A stretch of DNA of 63,884 nt, counting the filler. It is 15 parts of 15 records of this genome, joined end to end, with 100 filler letters (N's around TTAATTAATTAA, not from the genome) between each part and the next. Parts side by side here need not be neighbours in the genome. Positions count along the whole stretch, not along the records: positions 8,336 to 13,057 come from SRR15195285_14201; positions 13,158 to 16,886 come from SRR15195285_14221; positions 16,987 to 20,963 come from SRR15195285_14227; positions 21,064 to 27,612 come from SRR15195285_14240; 11 more parts are not named here. One strand, written 5' to 3'. The position numbers were made by a program, and so were the translations under genes. This document shows positions 11,401 to 24,000 of this stretch, piece by piece. Within the stretch, counting starts at the first letter, position 1, and each line of letters opens with the position of its first letter. The notes below the pieces were generated by a model, which saw nothing but the letters and a program-made list of their open reading frames with translations, did not search any database and had not been told where the DNA came from.

Positions 11401-12539
11401 ACCCTCTGGGTTCGTCAGCTGTGCTCCAATCGTCCCCCAGCTGTGCTTCAATCTGTGAACAGCATCATTGTGGCAGTGAATGCCCAATCTGTGTAGGCAC
11501 TGGGGCAGGCACGCCAGGCAATGGCTGCAGTAATTGTGGGAGCGGAGTTCAGTGTTCTGCTCCGCGCGGCTGTCCAACTGACTGTGAAGGCAACCTGCAT
11601 GGACGTTGGGACGACCCGTCTAGCCTAATAACGAACTGCTCACAGCCAGCCCCCATGCAGCTTGTACCACGCTGTGACTGCACGAACACTGGCTACAAGG
11701 GTGAGCTATGCGAAGAGGAGGACACCTGGGCGGAGGTGCTGGATATAGCGTGTCTTGTTATCTCAGGACTGTCTACACTGACAGTGCCATTTATCGTCAT
11801 CAAGTTCAAGCGCGATCTCGAGGCACTGCCGCCGATGAACTTACCAGAGGGCGAAGATATGCATGGATGGCCCGGTTTTTTGATGTTCTGCATTGGTGTG
11901 GTAGACATGACGGTTGACCTGGCACTGTGTCTGGCGCTCCTCAGCTGTGGCCGACTGAAGCTGTTATTGGCATGCTTGGGAACGACAGTTGTTACAGCAT
12001 GGACGACGCTGTTCCTTGGTTTCAGCGCGCTCCGCAAGATCAAGCTCCACAATCGTGCAGCACGGGACTGGTACATCAGGAATGGCACGATGGCCACCAT
12101 CATCGTGTTTCTCTCGTCGTCGCGACTCGAGTCGATCTCCATCCTACGACTGCGGCTGCGGCTGTACTGCTATGAATGGGTCGTTGAGTGCCCAATGAGT
12201 CACGAGCAATTTCACTTTCTGCGGTACGAAGGCATCTATCATTACTGGCTTGAGGACATCCCGCATATCGTCGTCGCAGTCGCGCTCTTCGCCACCAATT
12301 CGGAGGACTCATCAGTTTGCGGGCAAGAGTATGGGTGGTTGGGGCTATCTGCGCAGCATGCAAAGCTGCTTGCATTCTGCTCCATCATCTCATCCATGTT
12401 CTCCATCGTCTTGGGTTCGATCAGCAAAAATGGGCAGCAGCAAGTGCGCGAGATTGCGAGGCAAAGCATCACAAATAACCTCCTCGGGCATGGGAATGGG
12501 TTTACAGATGCCGGCTCATTTGTCCGGCAGACCTCGTAA
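8427..12539 (+). CDS. Large secreted/membrane adhesin-like protein: 2 Cys-rich modules, GGA(I/V)/FxxN beta-helix repeats, sushi/EGF-like modules and a C-terminal multi-pass TM region; introns 9864-9973 and 10058-10148
   Basis: Signal peptide after ATG 8427. Repeated FxxN..GGA motifs, EGF CxNGGxC...C.CxxxWxGxxC and several hydrophobic helices near the C-terminus. Splicing joins ORFs 8388-10016 and 10161-12539 in frame through an 84-nt exon (9974-10057). Confidence 0.75.
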
Positions 12540-13568
12540 TGGTGGCGCGTAGATGCGAACGCACAATCATGTATGGTTTGTGGGTGAGCAGCCATGGCAT
12601 TGAGTGAATGATGTTTTTCATCCACCAGCCATCATGATCGTGCCCCGCGGATCGCAGCGAAACGCACACCAACGGCGTCTACCAGGAAGCGCTGTAGCTT
12701 GCACTGCGACCCCCAGGGATTTCACACTGCGACGTCCGACAGTGGCAAAACCTCAGATCCGGCTGACGCCCGGAGGTCGGACCGGATTCTCACATGCTCA
12801 CAACACATTACTATGAAGACTGTATGAAATAATGATAAGTCTTTGTGCAGCGGTCCTAGATCTAGCCCCAGCCAGGTCGATCCTCAGAGAGTGTATCCCG
12901 CTAGTACCCCCTTAACTCAAGCGGCCGAATGAGGCCGAACTCGATCGCAGCCAAGACCTTTTTCCGCGCAGCAGCATCCTTGCGCGCCACAGCACATACC
13001 ATCGCTATGCTACAGCAGTGCCACTCATGGTGCTGGTGCTGCTGGTGCTGCTGGTGCNNNNNNNNNNNNNNNNNNNNNNNNNNNNNNNNNNNNNNNNNNN
13101 NTTAATTAATTAANNNNNNNNNNNNNNNNNNNNNNNNNNNNNNNNNNNNNNNNNNNNCATTCGTCTACTGTACCTGGTCTGTGTGTTTACCTGCTTGTCT
13201 TCCTGCCTGCCTGCTTGCGTGTCCGAGAGCTTGATGTGTGTCTGAGAGCCTGAGAGCTTTTCTGCAGGCTGAAATCCGGTCTGGGCGACGCCTGACCTGC
13301 TCCGTGGCGACGGCGGTGGGTCAGAACTCAGAGAATCGTTCAACACCTGTTAATGATGGCTGGTCCCAACCTAAGGGACCATGACCTAGTTGGACCTTGA
13401 CCGCGGGACTTACTGAACTATGTGTGTGCACTGTAGCATGGCTCAGATGCGCAGGCTATGCAAGCAGCGTATATTCAACACTGCTAATGTATTGAGACCA
13501 CCCACAAACGCAGTCACTTTTTGCGTGCTACCCGCTAAGTCGCTCACCCATTCGCGCACGTGCGCGAT

Positions 13569-16500
13569 TTAGACGCTGTTGTTGTGCACGAAGTGGCTGG
13601 ATTCTCCGCACCACGTCCACAGGGCACTGGCTAGCGGCTTGCGCATCACTGGAGGCGCGTGTGCGGCGCCAACGCACGGGATGTCGTGGCCACTTACGCC
13701 AAATCCAACAGGATAGAACTTGTTCTGTGCAGGGTACCGGCCACCGCATTCCATCTGCGGAAACACTGGGTCGCCACCACGAATCTGTGGATATTCGACT
13801 ACCCACCGTGTTATTTCCGACCAACCAGGCGGCGGAATGTGAGGCTTCACACTGGGTGGCGCACAGTGCGGTACTACTCGCTGCTCGGCGGTGCGAATGA
13901 TTTGGAGCCAGCGCGCGAAGCTCAGTTTGTCGTGATACAGCTTCAACTTGCGCGCTGCGTTGGGACGACGCCGTGCTTCTCTGACCGCCCGATCAAAGCT
14001 ACCATCCATCATCTCTCTGACTTCCCGCTCGACCACATTATCCATTACTGGCAGTCCGTGGGTGGCCCGCAGCGCGATGACAAGCCTATGCAACTGGTCT
14101 CGTCTGAGCCACCCACATTCTTCAACGCGCATGCCAGAATATCGCTCAAACCAGCGGCGCGCAGCCCGGGTGTGCCCAGATGCCGCCCACAATTCTACGC
14201 CCTCTGATCGAAGCAGACGCAGCGTTCTACGTGTTTCAAAACCGCGGCGATACGCCTGAATTTTTGTTGCTGACCAGTCATAAAGCCGCTTCTCTTTTCG
14301 TTTTCGTATGGCTCGTGCCTTTAGCCTCGCAGCGTGGCGGAGCACCACATTCGCGCAGTCGACTCGCAATTTCTGCTTGGCTTGTATCTGCTTCCGCACG
14401 TTGCGTCCACGCGCATACCTCTGGATAAGCGTAGCTGCATTACGAGCTTGATCCTCTTTGACTTTGCGGTCGGCTTCAGCCTGAAGCTTCGCAGCACGTT
14501 CTTTCAACTTCTTTCGCGTGAGTCGTCCTCGCGTGTGGCGCTGAATCAGTATCGTGGCATCCTCTTCCCTCCGCACTGCAGCTGCTAAGCGTTGCGGTTC
14601 GACGATCAATAGTGCATCAAGCGCCCCGCTCTCTATGTTGTCAGCCAGCAATTGTCTGATTTCTTTTGAGAGCTTTGAGAGTTTCTTGACCAGGCCAGTG
14701 GTGCCCCCGTGCTCAGCGTTCCATATCAGCCTGTCCACTATGAGTGACGCTAACTGGACTTGTGCATCAGGACTGGCTAATGCGTGAGCCAGCACTGTAT
14801 CGCCAACGTCAAGAATTTTCGCCCGGAGTGCGAGCCCTTCTATTGGTAGGTGTGCCAGCTCTGAGCGCAACGCGTCCGCCATCGAGTCCAACAGATTGTC
14901 GCCGCTAATCGAGGCAGCCATCTCGATGGCCTTTATCACGAGGTCTGCCAACTGAGCTGCTTGCTCGCTGGCGTCATCCGCGTTCATCGCGGCTGCTATT
15001 GCATTTGGATCTACGCCAAATTCCTTTGCACGCTGGACCAACTTAGTAGGGCTGAGATTCTCAAGCTCGTCGCGTAGGGCCGCTGTGATCGCAGCCAGCA
15101 CGGCTTTTTGCTTTTCGCTTTCCCTGGCTTTTAACAGACGCTTGGTCCTCCGAAGCACGTCTAGTGCGTCGTATCCACCGCGTTCGCGTATCATATCTGC
15201 CAGCTCCGGGTTCTCCTACGACACGCACGGGACGGCTCAGCAATGTCAGCACTGTCATGCCAGCACTGTCATGTCAGAACTGGGAGCTTAACAGCGTCCA
15301 CGGAAAGAACCGCAGTGGCCGGACAGGGTACACACCTTGAGGAGGGCAAGTAGTTCCGCCATGTCTGCCGCCAATTGCTGCAACTCTTCTTCAGAAATAT
15401 CCTCGCCAGCCTCAAGACGCTGTACTGCTGCTGCCAGGCGCTTCAGTAGGGTCTCCACACGTTTTTCGCGGGTCTTTTGCTTCGATGCCATGCGTGCCAA
15501 CGCTCCTCTGACGTGCTTCTGGATGCGCGTAGCTGCATCGTTGCGCTCTTTGATCCGCCTGGCTGCTTTCTCCTTTTCTTGGTCAAGTCTCGCCTGTTTC
15601 TCCCTCTCTGCTTGTTTTTCCTTCTCAGCATTCTCCTTCGAATACTGCTCGTCCACCGTAGCAATCCTTGCCAGCCGTTTCGGCACCAGCTGGGGCTTTG
15701 GTCCCATCGGGGTGGACTGGAAGCGACGCAACGCATTGCCAGCTAGCGCTTTGTTCATCGCACGAGCCTTTTCTGCCTCGAGCTTTGCCTTCGCTGCATC
15801 TATTTCTGCCTGCTTTATCTTGCTGTACTCGTCCTGACAGATCAAAGCCACACAACATGGTTCAGCTGAGCAAGGATCCAATACCAAGGTGGCGCACGCA
15901 CCGGCCCAACAGAAAGGAGCAGCTCGACGTCGGTCCTCTTGATTGTCGGTGCGCCCGCAGGCGAGTTTGGCACCCGTACTCGTGACCCGCTACGTGGGGT
16001 GGCTGCAATGCGCGGCGTGCTGGGTTCGCGTGGTGTGCTGCCATCGCCGAGGAGACCGATGCAAGCAAGCTGCGTCGGCGTCAGGCCTTCGTCCGAGCCG
16101 GCCACTAGAGCTTTAGGGTCCGCTCCCGCCCGCATTAACTGGCCAATGCAGCCCGGATCCGTGCCGAAACCGATCCGACCCCAGAATGCGGCAATGTGCA
16201 GCGAAGTACGTCCCTGGCTGTTGACCGCCTTGAGGTTCGGCTTGTGCGACAGCAGAACGTGCAGGCACTCACTGTCGCCGCTGGCGGCGACCTTCATCGT
16301 GGGTGTCGTTCCGGTTGGGTCTGCCGCATTGACGTTGGCACCGCCTTTCAGCAGCGAGTCCATCAGCTCCGCGTCGCCGTCGCCCGCGGCACGCAACAGC
16401 TGCTTGTTCAGAGCCTCTGTCGCGAGCACCGGCACATCGAACTGCTTGACGTCTTTTTTTCGGTGCCAGTAGTACGGGCGGCTGCCATCCCCAGGCGTGC

Positions 16501-16741
16501 ACCGCGCCCATCCGTCGCCGATCTCGACGAGCGACCCTTTGCCGGACGGCGTAGCCTGGCGAGGCGTCGCGCTACCTTCCGGTGGGTTGAGCGCCCGCAG
16601 GTCGGAGCGATGGCTGGGAATCCTCAGCTCCGGCGGCCGGTGCCGTTCCGACTGGCCCGTCGGCGGCGGCACCGGCTGTGGCGGCGGGCTCACTTCGCGC
16701 GGGGTGACCAGCGGCGTGGCAGGGTCGGAGCGCGCGGACAT
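13569..16741 (-). CDS. WW domain + ankyrin repeats + multiple IQ (calmodulin-binding) motif protein; introns 15834-15901 and 15216-15335
   Basis: GWARCTPGDGSRPYYWH..QFDVP (WW). Ankyrin motifs GANVNAADPTGTTPTM and GRTSLHIAA. IQ motifs IQKHVRG, IQRHTRG, IQRYARG and IQAYRRG. Phase-0 GT-AG introns join three ORFs. Confidence 0.8.
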
Positions 16742-17128
16742 GGTCAGGAGCACCTAGCAGCAGCAGTCACAGTACAGCCGCCACAGCTGTGGCAGCAGCC
16801 TGGTACACAGCGCCAGACCCACAACAACCGCCACAGCCACGCCGTACTGTGGCCGTACTGTGGCTGCCGTACTATGGCTGCTGTACNNNNNNNNNNNNNN
16901 NNNNNNNNNNNNNNNNNNNNNNNNNNNNNNTTAATTAATTAANNNNNNNNNNNNNNNNNNNNNNNNNNNNNNNNNNNNNNNNNNNNGAGTCAACCGCTAG
17001 ATCAATTTAGATCTATTTCCCGGGAGGCATCACCGTTGGGACGGGGGTGCATGCATTTGCGCGCCGGGCCACCCGCAGGGCGGCGGGTCGCCGGTCCTCA
17101 CGCGCAGTGAGCCGCGACGAGAAGGAGA

Positions 17129-19131
17129 GTGGTGCCACTTATGCGCGCCCATAAGCTTCTCCGCAGCAGCAGCGCTGCAACGACAGCAGCCGGCCGCCGT
17201 GGTCTCATTTCGATGGCGCCAACGCTACAGTGCCATCAGCTCCGTGAAAAGAGCAGGCCCCGCAGCAGCTGCGACATCTGCGCACGTCCTCGACATCGAC
17301 ACTACGCAGGAGCCAGCGGCGGGCGGCGGAGCGCGTGGGCATGCAGGGAGTGTGGTTACGGCACGGCAAAGTGGACCGGCCGTTGCCCGTCCTGCGGGGC
17401 TTCTGGTGGTGATGTGTTTGAAGAGGTTGACGACCGGCGGCGACGTGGCGACAGCAGGCAACCCCAGGGGCACAGCAGATCTGGTCGTGGCGCTGATCCG
17501 GTGTCGCTGTCAGAGCTGTCGTTGCCAGCCACTGCAGCACCAGAGGATGGGGAGGGACGTATGCGTGCGAGCAAGACCACGCCTGCTCTCGTCGAATTCG
17601 ATGTTGTCGTTGGCGGGGGGCTGATGCCGGGTTCCCTCGTCCTACTGGGTGGAGAGCCTGGTGTCGGCAAAACTACACTGCTTCTTCAGGTTGCAGCTGC
17701 GCTCGCTCGATCGTCACCTGGGCCGGCAGTGGATGCGACCGCGCCACGTGTATTGTATGCCAGTGGAGAGGAAACTGTGTCACAAATTGTTAGCAAGGCG
17801 TATCGCCTGCTTGGCCCGGACCCTGCAAGTAGCGTGGAGGGCGAGTCAGCGTTGGGGGATCTACCAGAGAACCTCGACGTTGTTTCCGAGACCAGCGTTG
17901 AGCGTCTGGAGGAGTTGCTAGCAGGCAGCGACTATGCGGTCGCGATGATTGATTCGGTACAGACGTGTGTAATGGAAGACTCGGCGAGTGCTGCGGGCTC
18001 CGTGGCGACGCTCAGGGCGGTGGCAGATCGAATGATGAATCTGGCGAAAAGGAATGAGATCACCCTGGTGCTTGCGGGACATGTCACGAAAGATGGCCAG
18101 ATCGCGGGGCCCCGTCTCCTGGAACACCTTGTTGACGTAGTGCTCTACTTCGACGGCTCAGATGGGGGCACATCCAACACTGGATACCGCCTACTGCGCT
18201 GCCATAAGAATCGATTCGGGCCAACCGACGAGGTTGGTGTCTTTGCCATGTCGCGAGCAGGTACCGAGCCCACTTTCAGTTCCAGTGCTCGGATACAGCA
18301 CGCGTATTGACTGTACCATTCAGTCTGTGGATCCTTGTAGTTGAGCAGCAATTGCAGCGTCGAGGCAGAATGGTTTTGATTTCATATGATGTGGACAGGT
18401 CTCGCCTCCGTCGTGGACAGTTCCGTCCGCGACAACTTTGAGAACCCATCTCCTGGGCTTGCCCAGACTGTTTGTATAGCAGGGACTCGTGGATTCGTGC
18501 TCGAACTCGAAGGACTAGTATTGCCACTCCCAAAGCCGCCTCCTGGGAGGCAGCAGCCCTCCCACTTTTCCGCACCTCGGCCTCGGACGGTTGGATTTGA
18601 CCAGACCAGATTTGGTACGAGGCGATCCAGCTTCCCGAATTGTTGCCATTGATACGCGGTCTGAGCGGTATGTGTTCTGGTGTGCTAGGAATGCTGGCTG
18701 CGGTGCTCCAGCGTGCCCGGATGGATCTCTTCCGGGGAGCCGAGGTGTTTTTAAATGTACCTGGTGGAATGCGGGCTCTCGACGGTGGACGAGGAGACCC
18801 AGGCTGCGATCTAGCGGTTATCGCCAGCCTGCTCTCATCGGCTACAGGGGTATCGTTGCCTGCATCGGCGCTTTTCCTCGGAGAGGTTAGTCTGACCGGG
18901 GAGCTCCGTCGCGGCGTACCACGACTGAGCGCTCGGCTTACCGCAGCAGCAAAGGCCGGATACGACACCGTCTATCTCCCGGCGATTGCGATGCCAAGCG
19001 CCACTGGGTTGGAGTGCGGCCTCGGGACAGGCAGGGACTGGACGTTGGTGCCAGTGCGAACAGTCGAGGAGCTGGCAAATCTGCTCGACCCTGATTGGGT
19101 CGGGCCGGATGCGTTCGAGCTACAGCATTGA
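17129..19131 (+). CDS. radA: DNA repair/branch-migration protein RadA/Sms with probable organellar (mitochondrial) transit peptide; introns 18261-18398 and 18615-18688
   Basis: Zn finger CRECG...WTGRCPSCG, Walker A GEPGVGKTT, LYASGEE, IDSVQT, GHVTKDGQIAGPRLLEHLVD, KNRFG and the Lon-like C-terminus (FLNVPGG, DLAV, GEVSLTGELR). The N-terminus is Arg/Ser/Ala-rich. The first ATG lies a few codons into the ORF. Confidence 0.93.
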
Positions 19132-19220
19132 CAGTAAGAAAGTTGGATGGACAAAGCACAGCGACAAACATGGAAAGGAAAGCCGACAATTGATGATTGT
19201 TGGCACAACAGGGTCATTCT

Positions 19221-20663
19221 TCATTCTTCGACACCTTTCGAGTGCTCTTGTGCGTTGTGGCTAGTCTTCGACATCCTTTGGATCTTCTCCTGCATGGTTG
19301 CTCGTCTATCTGCCGCAGACTGCATGCTCGCTACCGCGTTTTGCCTCCCTTCTGACAATGCCACTTTCTTGCGTGCAGCCTCGTTCTTCTTCTGTACTCG
19401 AGCGTCCGCCGCCTCCTGCTCTTTGCGGGCCTGCGCTATTTCGCGCTCCTGCGCGAGCTTGGCGCGTGCGCCCGCCATCGCCTCGCGCTCCTTTCGCTCG
19501 AACATCTCGCGCTCTTTCTTCTGCTGCTCCAGCAAGTTCCTTTCCGCCCTGCGCTGGCGTGACAAGGAAAATTGCAGCCCGCACGATAGCAGAACGTAGA
19601 CGACCAAGCACGTGCATGAAATCAGCAACGGGGTGGGCTTGCCCTCGTTAATCTGCGACTGCAGGAGCTCTTGGAAGCGCTCGACCGCAGCGGATACTTC
19701 GAAGTTTTGCAGTGTCTCTTTTGCGCCCTCCCAATCTTTTAGCAACGGCTGACCTTGCCTTAGCTCCTCACCCAGCTGCTCCGCGGTGCGCCCTGCCAAC
19801 AGAGTCTTGGTTACCCACTCTACAATCAAGTCAGCCTTGATTGGAACATCGTTCGTGAGATCTGGAGCTTCGTAGATGCCACGCCGGGCCGAAATCTTTT
19901 GTTCTGTATCAAAGACCTTCACGAGGGGAGCGGGACCTGGCCTCGGAAGACCTTCTCGCTGTTCCTTCGCGCCAAGATTCTTCAAATCAGTCCCTGTGAC
20001 GCGCATACGCTTGGCTATTCCAGTAGAACTGCCCTTCTGGTCGACATCGACAGCGCCAACACGAACGCCTGTGCCTTGGAGAATCTTTGCAGCCTTCTTC
20101 ATCTCTTCGCCGCGCAGATAGCAGAGGGGGCAGCCGTTGTGGAAATAGAAGAACACCAACCAGAGATCGTCTCCAAACCCTACCGTACTTCGAAAGTTCG
20201 CGTCACTGAGCTCTACAACTGCGCTCCCAGCAAAGCTGGTGTCGGTGATAAGAGCAGCCCGCCCCACATCGGTGGAGTAAGCCTCGCTCACCCGCTGGGC
20301 GTCGTCAGCCACCGGCGGAGGCAGCTCACCACCCTCTGCAGTTTTCTCGGCCTCCACGGCGGCCGCGAACCCGCCTGCCGACGCTACCGCTTTGAGAAGA
20401 TCATCGCTGCTGCATTTTCCAACAATCAGCGCGGAGCCGGGGAGCATCACCTCCGCGATTGTGACGCCGCGAACGGCTTTCAGAGCCTCGCGCACCCTCG
20501 ATGCGCAGTGCGGCGTTGTCATCCCGGTAATCGAGAGGGCAAAGTCCGCATGCACCTTGTCACGACCGCGATTGAGCTTCGGGTCCAAGGCCTGAGTAAG
20601 AGAGCTGCCGGTGACATGAAGAAGCAGCAGCAGGCCTAGCAGCAGCTGAGCACGAGGCGCCAT
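19221..20663 (-). CDS. Secretory-pathway protein: HMA-like domain + thioredoxin-like domain + probable TM helix + coiled coil
   Basis: Signal peptide MAPRAQLLLGLLLLL. HMA-like LSITGMTTPHCASRVREAL..V.GV. PDI-like VVELSDANF...WLVFFY..GCPLC...VRVGAVD. Hydrophobic LLISCTCLVVYVLL is followed by RQRR and an E/K/R-rich tail. Confidence 0.7.
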   Translation of the reverse strand: MAPRAQLLLGLLLLLHVTGSSLTQALDPKLNRGRDKVHADFALSITGMTTPHCASRVREALKAVRGVTIAEVMLPGSALIVGKCSSDDLLKAVASAGGFAAAVEAEKTAEGGELPPPVADDAQRVSEAYSTDVGRAALITDTSFAGSAVVELSDANFRSTVGFGDDLWLVFFYFHNGCPLCYLRGEEMKKAAKILQGTGVRVGAVDVDQKGSSTGIAKRMRVTGTDLKNLGAKEQREGLPRPGPAPLVKVFDTEQKISARRGIYEAPDLTNDVPIKADLIVEWVTKTLLAGRTAEQLGEELRQGQPLLKDWEGAKETLQNFEVSAAVERFQELLQSQINEGKPTPLLISCTCLVVYVLLSCGLQFSLSRQRRAERNLLEQQKKEREMFERKEREAMAGARAKLAQEREIAQARKEQEAADARVQKKNEAARKKVALSEGRQNAVASMQSAADRRATMQEKIQRMSKTSHNAQEHSKGVEE

Positions 20664-21063
20664 CCGCAATCCAGCGCCGGAAGCCCGCCCCACGTGGGTG
20701 GACACCTGCATCAGCCTGGCCAGCTGTAGGGGGAGGAACTAGGCTGAACCGCGCCCAGTTCTGCATGGGCTCAACCTGGGTACTGCAGCTGCAGCAGGAT
20801 ATATGGATACTGAAAACTCGTAGGATACATGGAGGGTTGCATTTTGGAATCATGTATACAGTATTGAAAAGTCAAACATGCACAGGGAACAAATACGACT
20901 CGCGCGAGCAGGAGCTCGTAAGTTTGTATACTACCACCCGGGCCGGATTTCGGTCAATCGGATNNNNNNNNNNNNNNNNNNNNNNNNNNNNNNNNNNNNN
21001 NNNNNNNTTAATTAATTAANNNNNNNNNNNNNNNNNNNNNNNNNNNNNNNNNNNNNNNNNNNN

Positions 21064-24000
21064 GGCGGCGGCGGCGGCGGCGGCGGAGGAGGATGGTCTG
21101 CCGCCCACTGCCGCGCTGTTGGTGGCGCTGGTGCTGATCGTCGTCGTGATGGTTGGGGGATGGCTCTCTGATCAGGCATGCTCGCGCTCGCGGTGCAGCG
21201 GCAGGGGCTTCTGCAACAGCGCTGGCACCTGCGACTGCGTCGGCCACTTCGGTGGCGCCGACTGCGGCGCGTGCGCGCCAGGCTACTTCGGGCACGACTG
21301 CCGGGCGGGCTGCAGCGACGACGAGACGTGCCATGGCCACGGCACATGCTCGAGCGCGGGCGTGTGCGCGTGCGAGGCTGGCTACGGCCCCGACCCGGCC
21401 GGGCGGGAGTGTGCCGTGTACTGCACAGCCGAGGTGAGCTGCAGCGGCCATGGCACGTGCTCCGCCGATGGAGACTGTGTGTGCGACCCTGGGCACCACG
21501 GCGACCGGTGCGACACGTGCGCTCCGCATCGGTATGGGCCGGATTGCGCAGTGCTGTGCGATCCTGCTGTCGACTGCCACGGTCGCGGGACCTGTGACGA
21601 AGTCACTGGCCGCTGCCGCTGCTCGGGCAACTACAGCGGCCCAGGCTGCGCCAGCTGCGCAGAGACGCGGTACGGGTCGGACTGTGCTGTGCAGTGCCAC
21701 GCGAATACAACCTGCAGCGGGAATGGCGTGTGCTCGCGGCGGACTGGGCGGTGCGAGTGCTCCCAAGGCTTCTACGGCCCAGACTGTGGGCAGTACTGCA
21801 ACGCCACTGAGACCTGTGGAGGGCACGGCAGATGCGACGAGGGTGGCATGTGTGTCTGCGAGTCGCGCTTCCAAGGTGCTGCAAATTGCACCGCCTGCTC
21901 GGCTGGGTTCTTCGGTGATGAGTGTGACGTTGAGTGCAGGGCACAGACGACGTGCTCAGGACGTGGCAGTTGCGCCAGCGACGGGACGTGCGCATGTCTG
22001 CCGCAGTTTCATGGGGAGCAGTGCGCCGAGTGCTCCGCGCATCGGTTCGGCCGAGAGTGCGAGACGACGTGTGTTGGGAACACGACTGGAAGCGGCGCAG
22101 CTGTACCAATCGGCATAGGAGCTGTCCAGCTCATCGGTGCAGATGCAGTATCGTGCGGAAGCCACGGGCAGTGCAACAATGTGGGGGAGTGTGCGTGCGA
22201 CGAGGGCTACCATGGTGCTTCGTGCGGGATCCACTGCAGCTCGGACTTAACGTGCTCCTCCAATGGCCACTGCAACTCAGACGGCACGTGCAGCTGTTCT
22301 GCTCGCTTCTCCGGCTACGACTGCAGTCACTGTGCCCCCAACCACTTTGGCGATGACTGCAGGACGCGCTGCGTGGCAGCGGATACCTGTAATGGGCGCG
22401 GCGTCTGTTCTGATCGAACAGGAGCGTGCGAGTGCTTTGAACGCTTCGCCGGGCCGCACTGTGAGCAATGCGCCTTGGGCTTCTATGGCAGCTCTTGTGA
22501 GGTGCACTGTGATGCGAACGAGACATGCAACGGCCACGGAACCTGCATGCAGGACGGTGTTTGCGACTGCAGCGACCCTGGGTGGGTGACACCGCGAGTA
22601 TCTCTTTCTTCGTCACCAGTCGCTGTTGGTGCTCGGACAACGCCTTCTTCTGCACAGTGCAGCTTGTACTGCAGTGCGCAGACGACTTGCTCAGGCAACG
22701 GTACGTGTGGTGACGATGGATTTTGTCACTGCGCAGGAAAATTTGTAGGTGCTGACTGCAGCGAATGTATCGACGGCTATTTTGGAAGGCGCTGCGATAC
22801 TCACTGCACTGACCAAACGACTTGCCACGGAAGGGGAACATGCTCACAAGCGGGTGCGTGCATCTGTGACCAGCGTTTTGGTGGGCCACGCTGCAGTGAC
22901 TGTGCGGTCGATCGCTATGGCACATCGTGTGAGACGTTCTGTAATCGAAACTTGACGTGCACCGGGCACGGCGAGTGCAGCCCTCAAGGGGAGTGCAAGT
23001 GCGACCATGGGTACTACGGCGACAGCTGCAACGTGCCCTGCAGGTCGTCCACCACGTGCAATGGTCGCGGAACTTGCAGTCGGTCAGGTACGTGTCTCTG
23101 CGCTGCAGGACTGGGGTTTGCTGGGGCCGGCTGCGATCGCTGCAAGCCAGGTTTCTTTGGAGCTGCATGCGACGTGTACTGTGTTGATTCGGAGACATGC
23201 AATGGGCGCGGTGAATGCGACCACAACGGTCAGTGTGTCTGCACTGGCGGAAACTTCACGACTCAGCACAACAGGCTTCAGCCTCTGCTGAGCAGCGCTG
23301 GTCAGGTTCAGACTCAGGAGCATTGCAGCGAGTGTGCAGCTAACTTTTATCCAGCAGGAATCTGCGACAGATACTGCAGCGCGGCCATGACTTGCAGCGG
23401 GAACGGCGTCTGCAATGAGCACGGTCAGTGTGAGTGTGGTCTTCACTTTGTCGGCCATGACTGTAGCATTTGCGAAGCTGGATATTACGGCCGATCTTGC
23501 AGAACCTTCTGTGACGCTGAGGTTACCTGTGGTGGCCATGGGCACTGCTCATCAGTTGGACACTGTGAGTGCGACGAGGATCATTTCGGCGCGTTTTGCA
23601 ATCAGTGCGAGCTACATCATTTCGGGCCAGACTGCACGTTGTACTGCACTTCGGATGAAACCTGTAGCGGGCATGGAGAATGCAACAGCCTAGGAGCCTG
23701 TTTATGCGACAATGGTTTCGCAGGGCAGCATTGTGAGTCGTGTGATGTACAGTTCTACGGCGAAGCATGTGCTGTGTACTGCGATGACACCACAACGTGT
23801 AGCGGTCACGGAGAGTGTAGTGCCAGTGGCGTGTGCATCTGCGATGGCCATTACTATGGCACGTCGTGCGATACGTGCGCCCCGAACTTCTACGACGCCA
23901 ATACCAACTCCAGTTGCAGCGTCTTTTGTGACCCAGACGTGACATGCAGCGGACAGGGAGAGTGCACTGACGACGGTAAGTGCAGATGTGACAAAGACTA

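Noticed and set aside
19560-19645. Possible GC-AG intron in the HMA-thioredoxin gene
   Set aside because: I found no acceptor that preserves the downstream frame; the segment reads well as a TM helix followed by basic residues.
22586-22657. GT...CAG segment inside the EGF gene as a possible intron
   Set aside because: It is in frame and stop-free, and removing it would delete the spacer needed before the next Cys. More likely a loop insertion.
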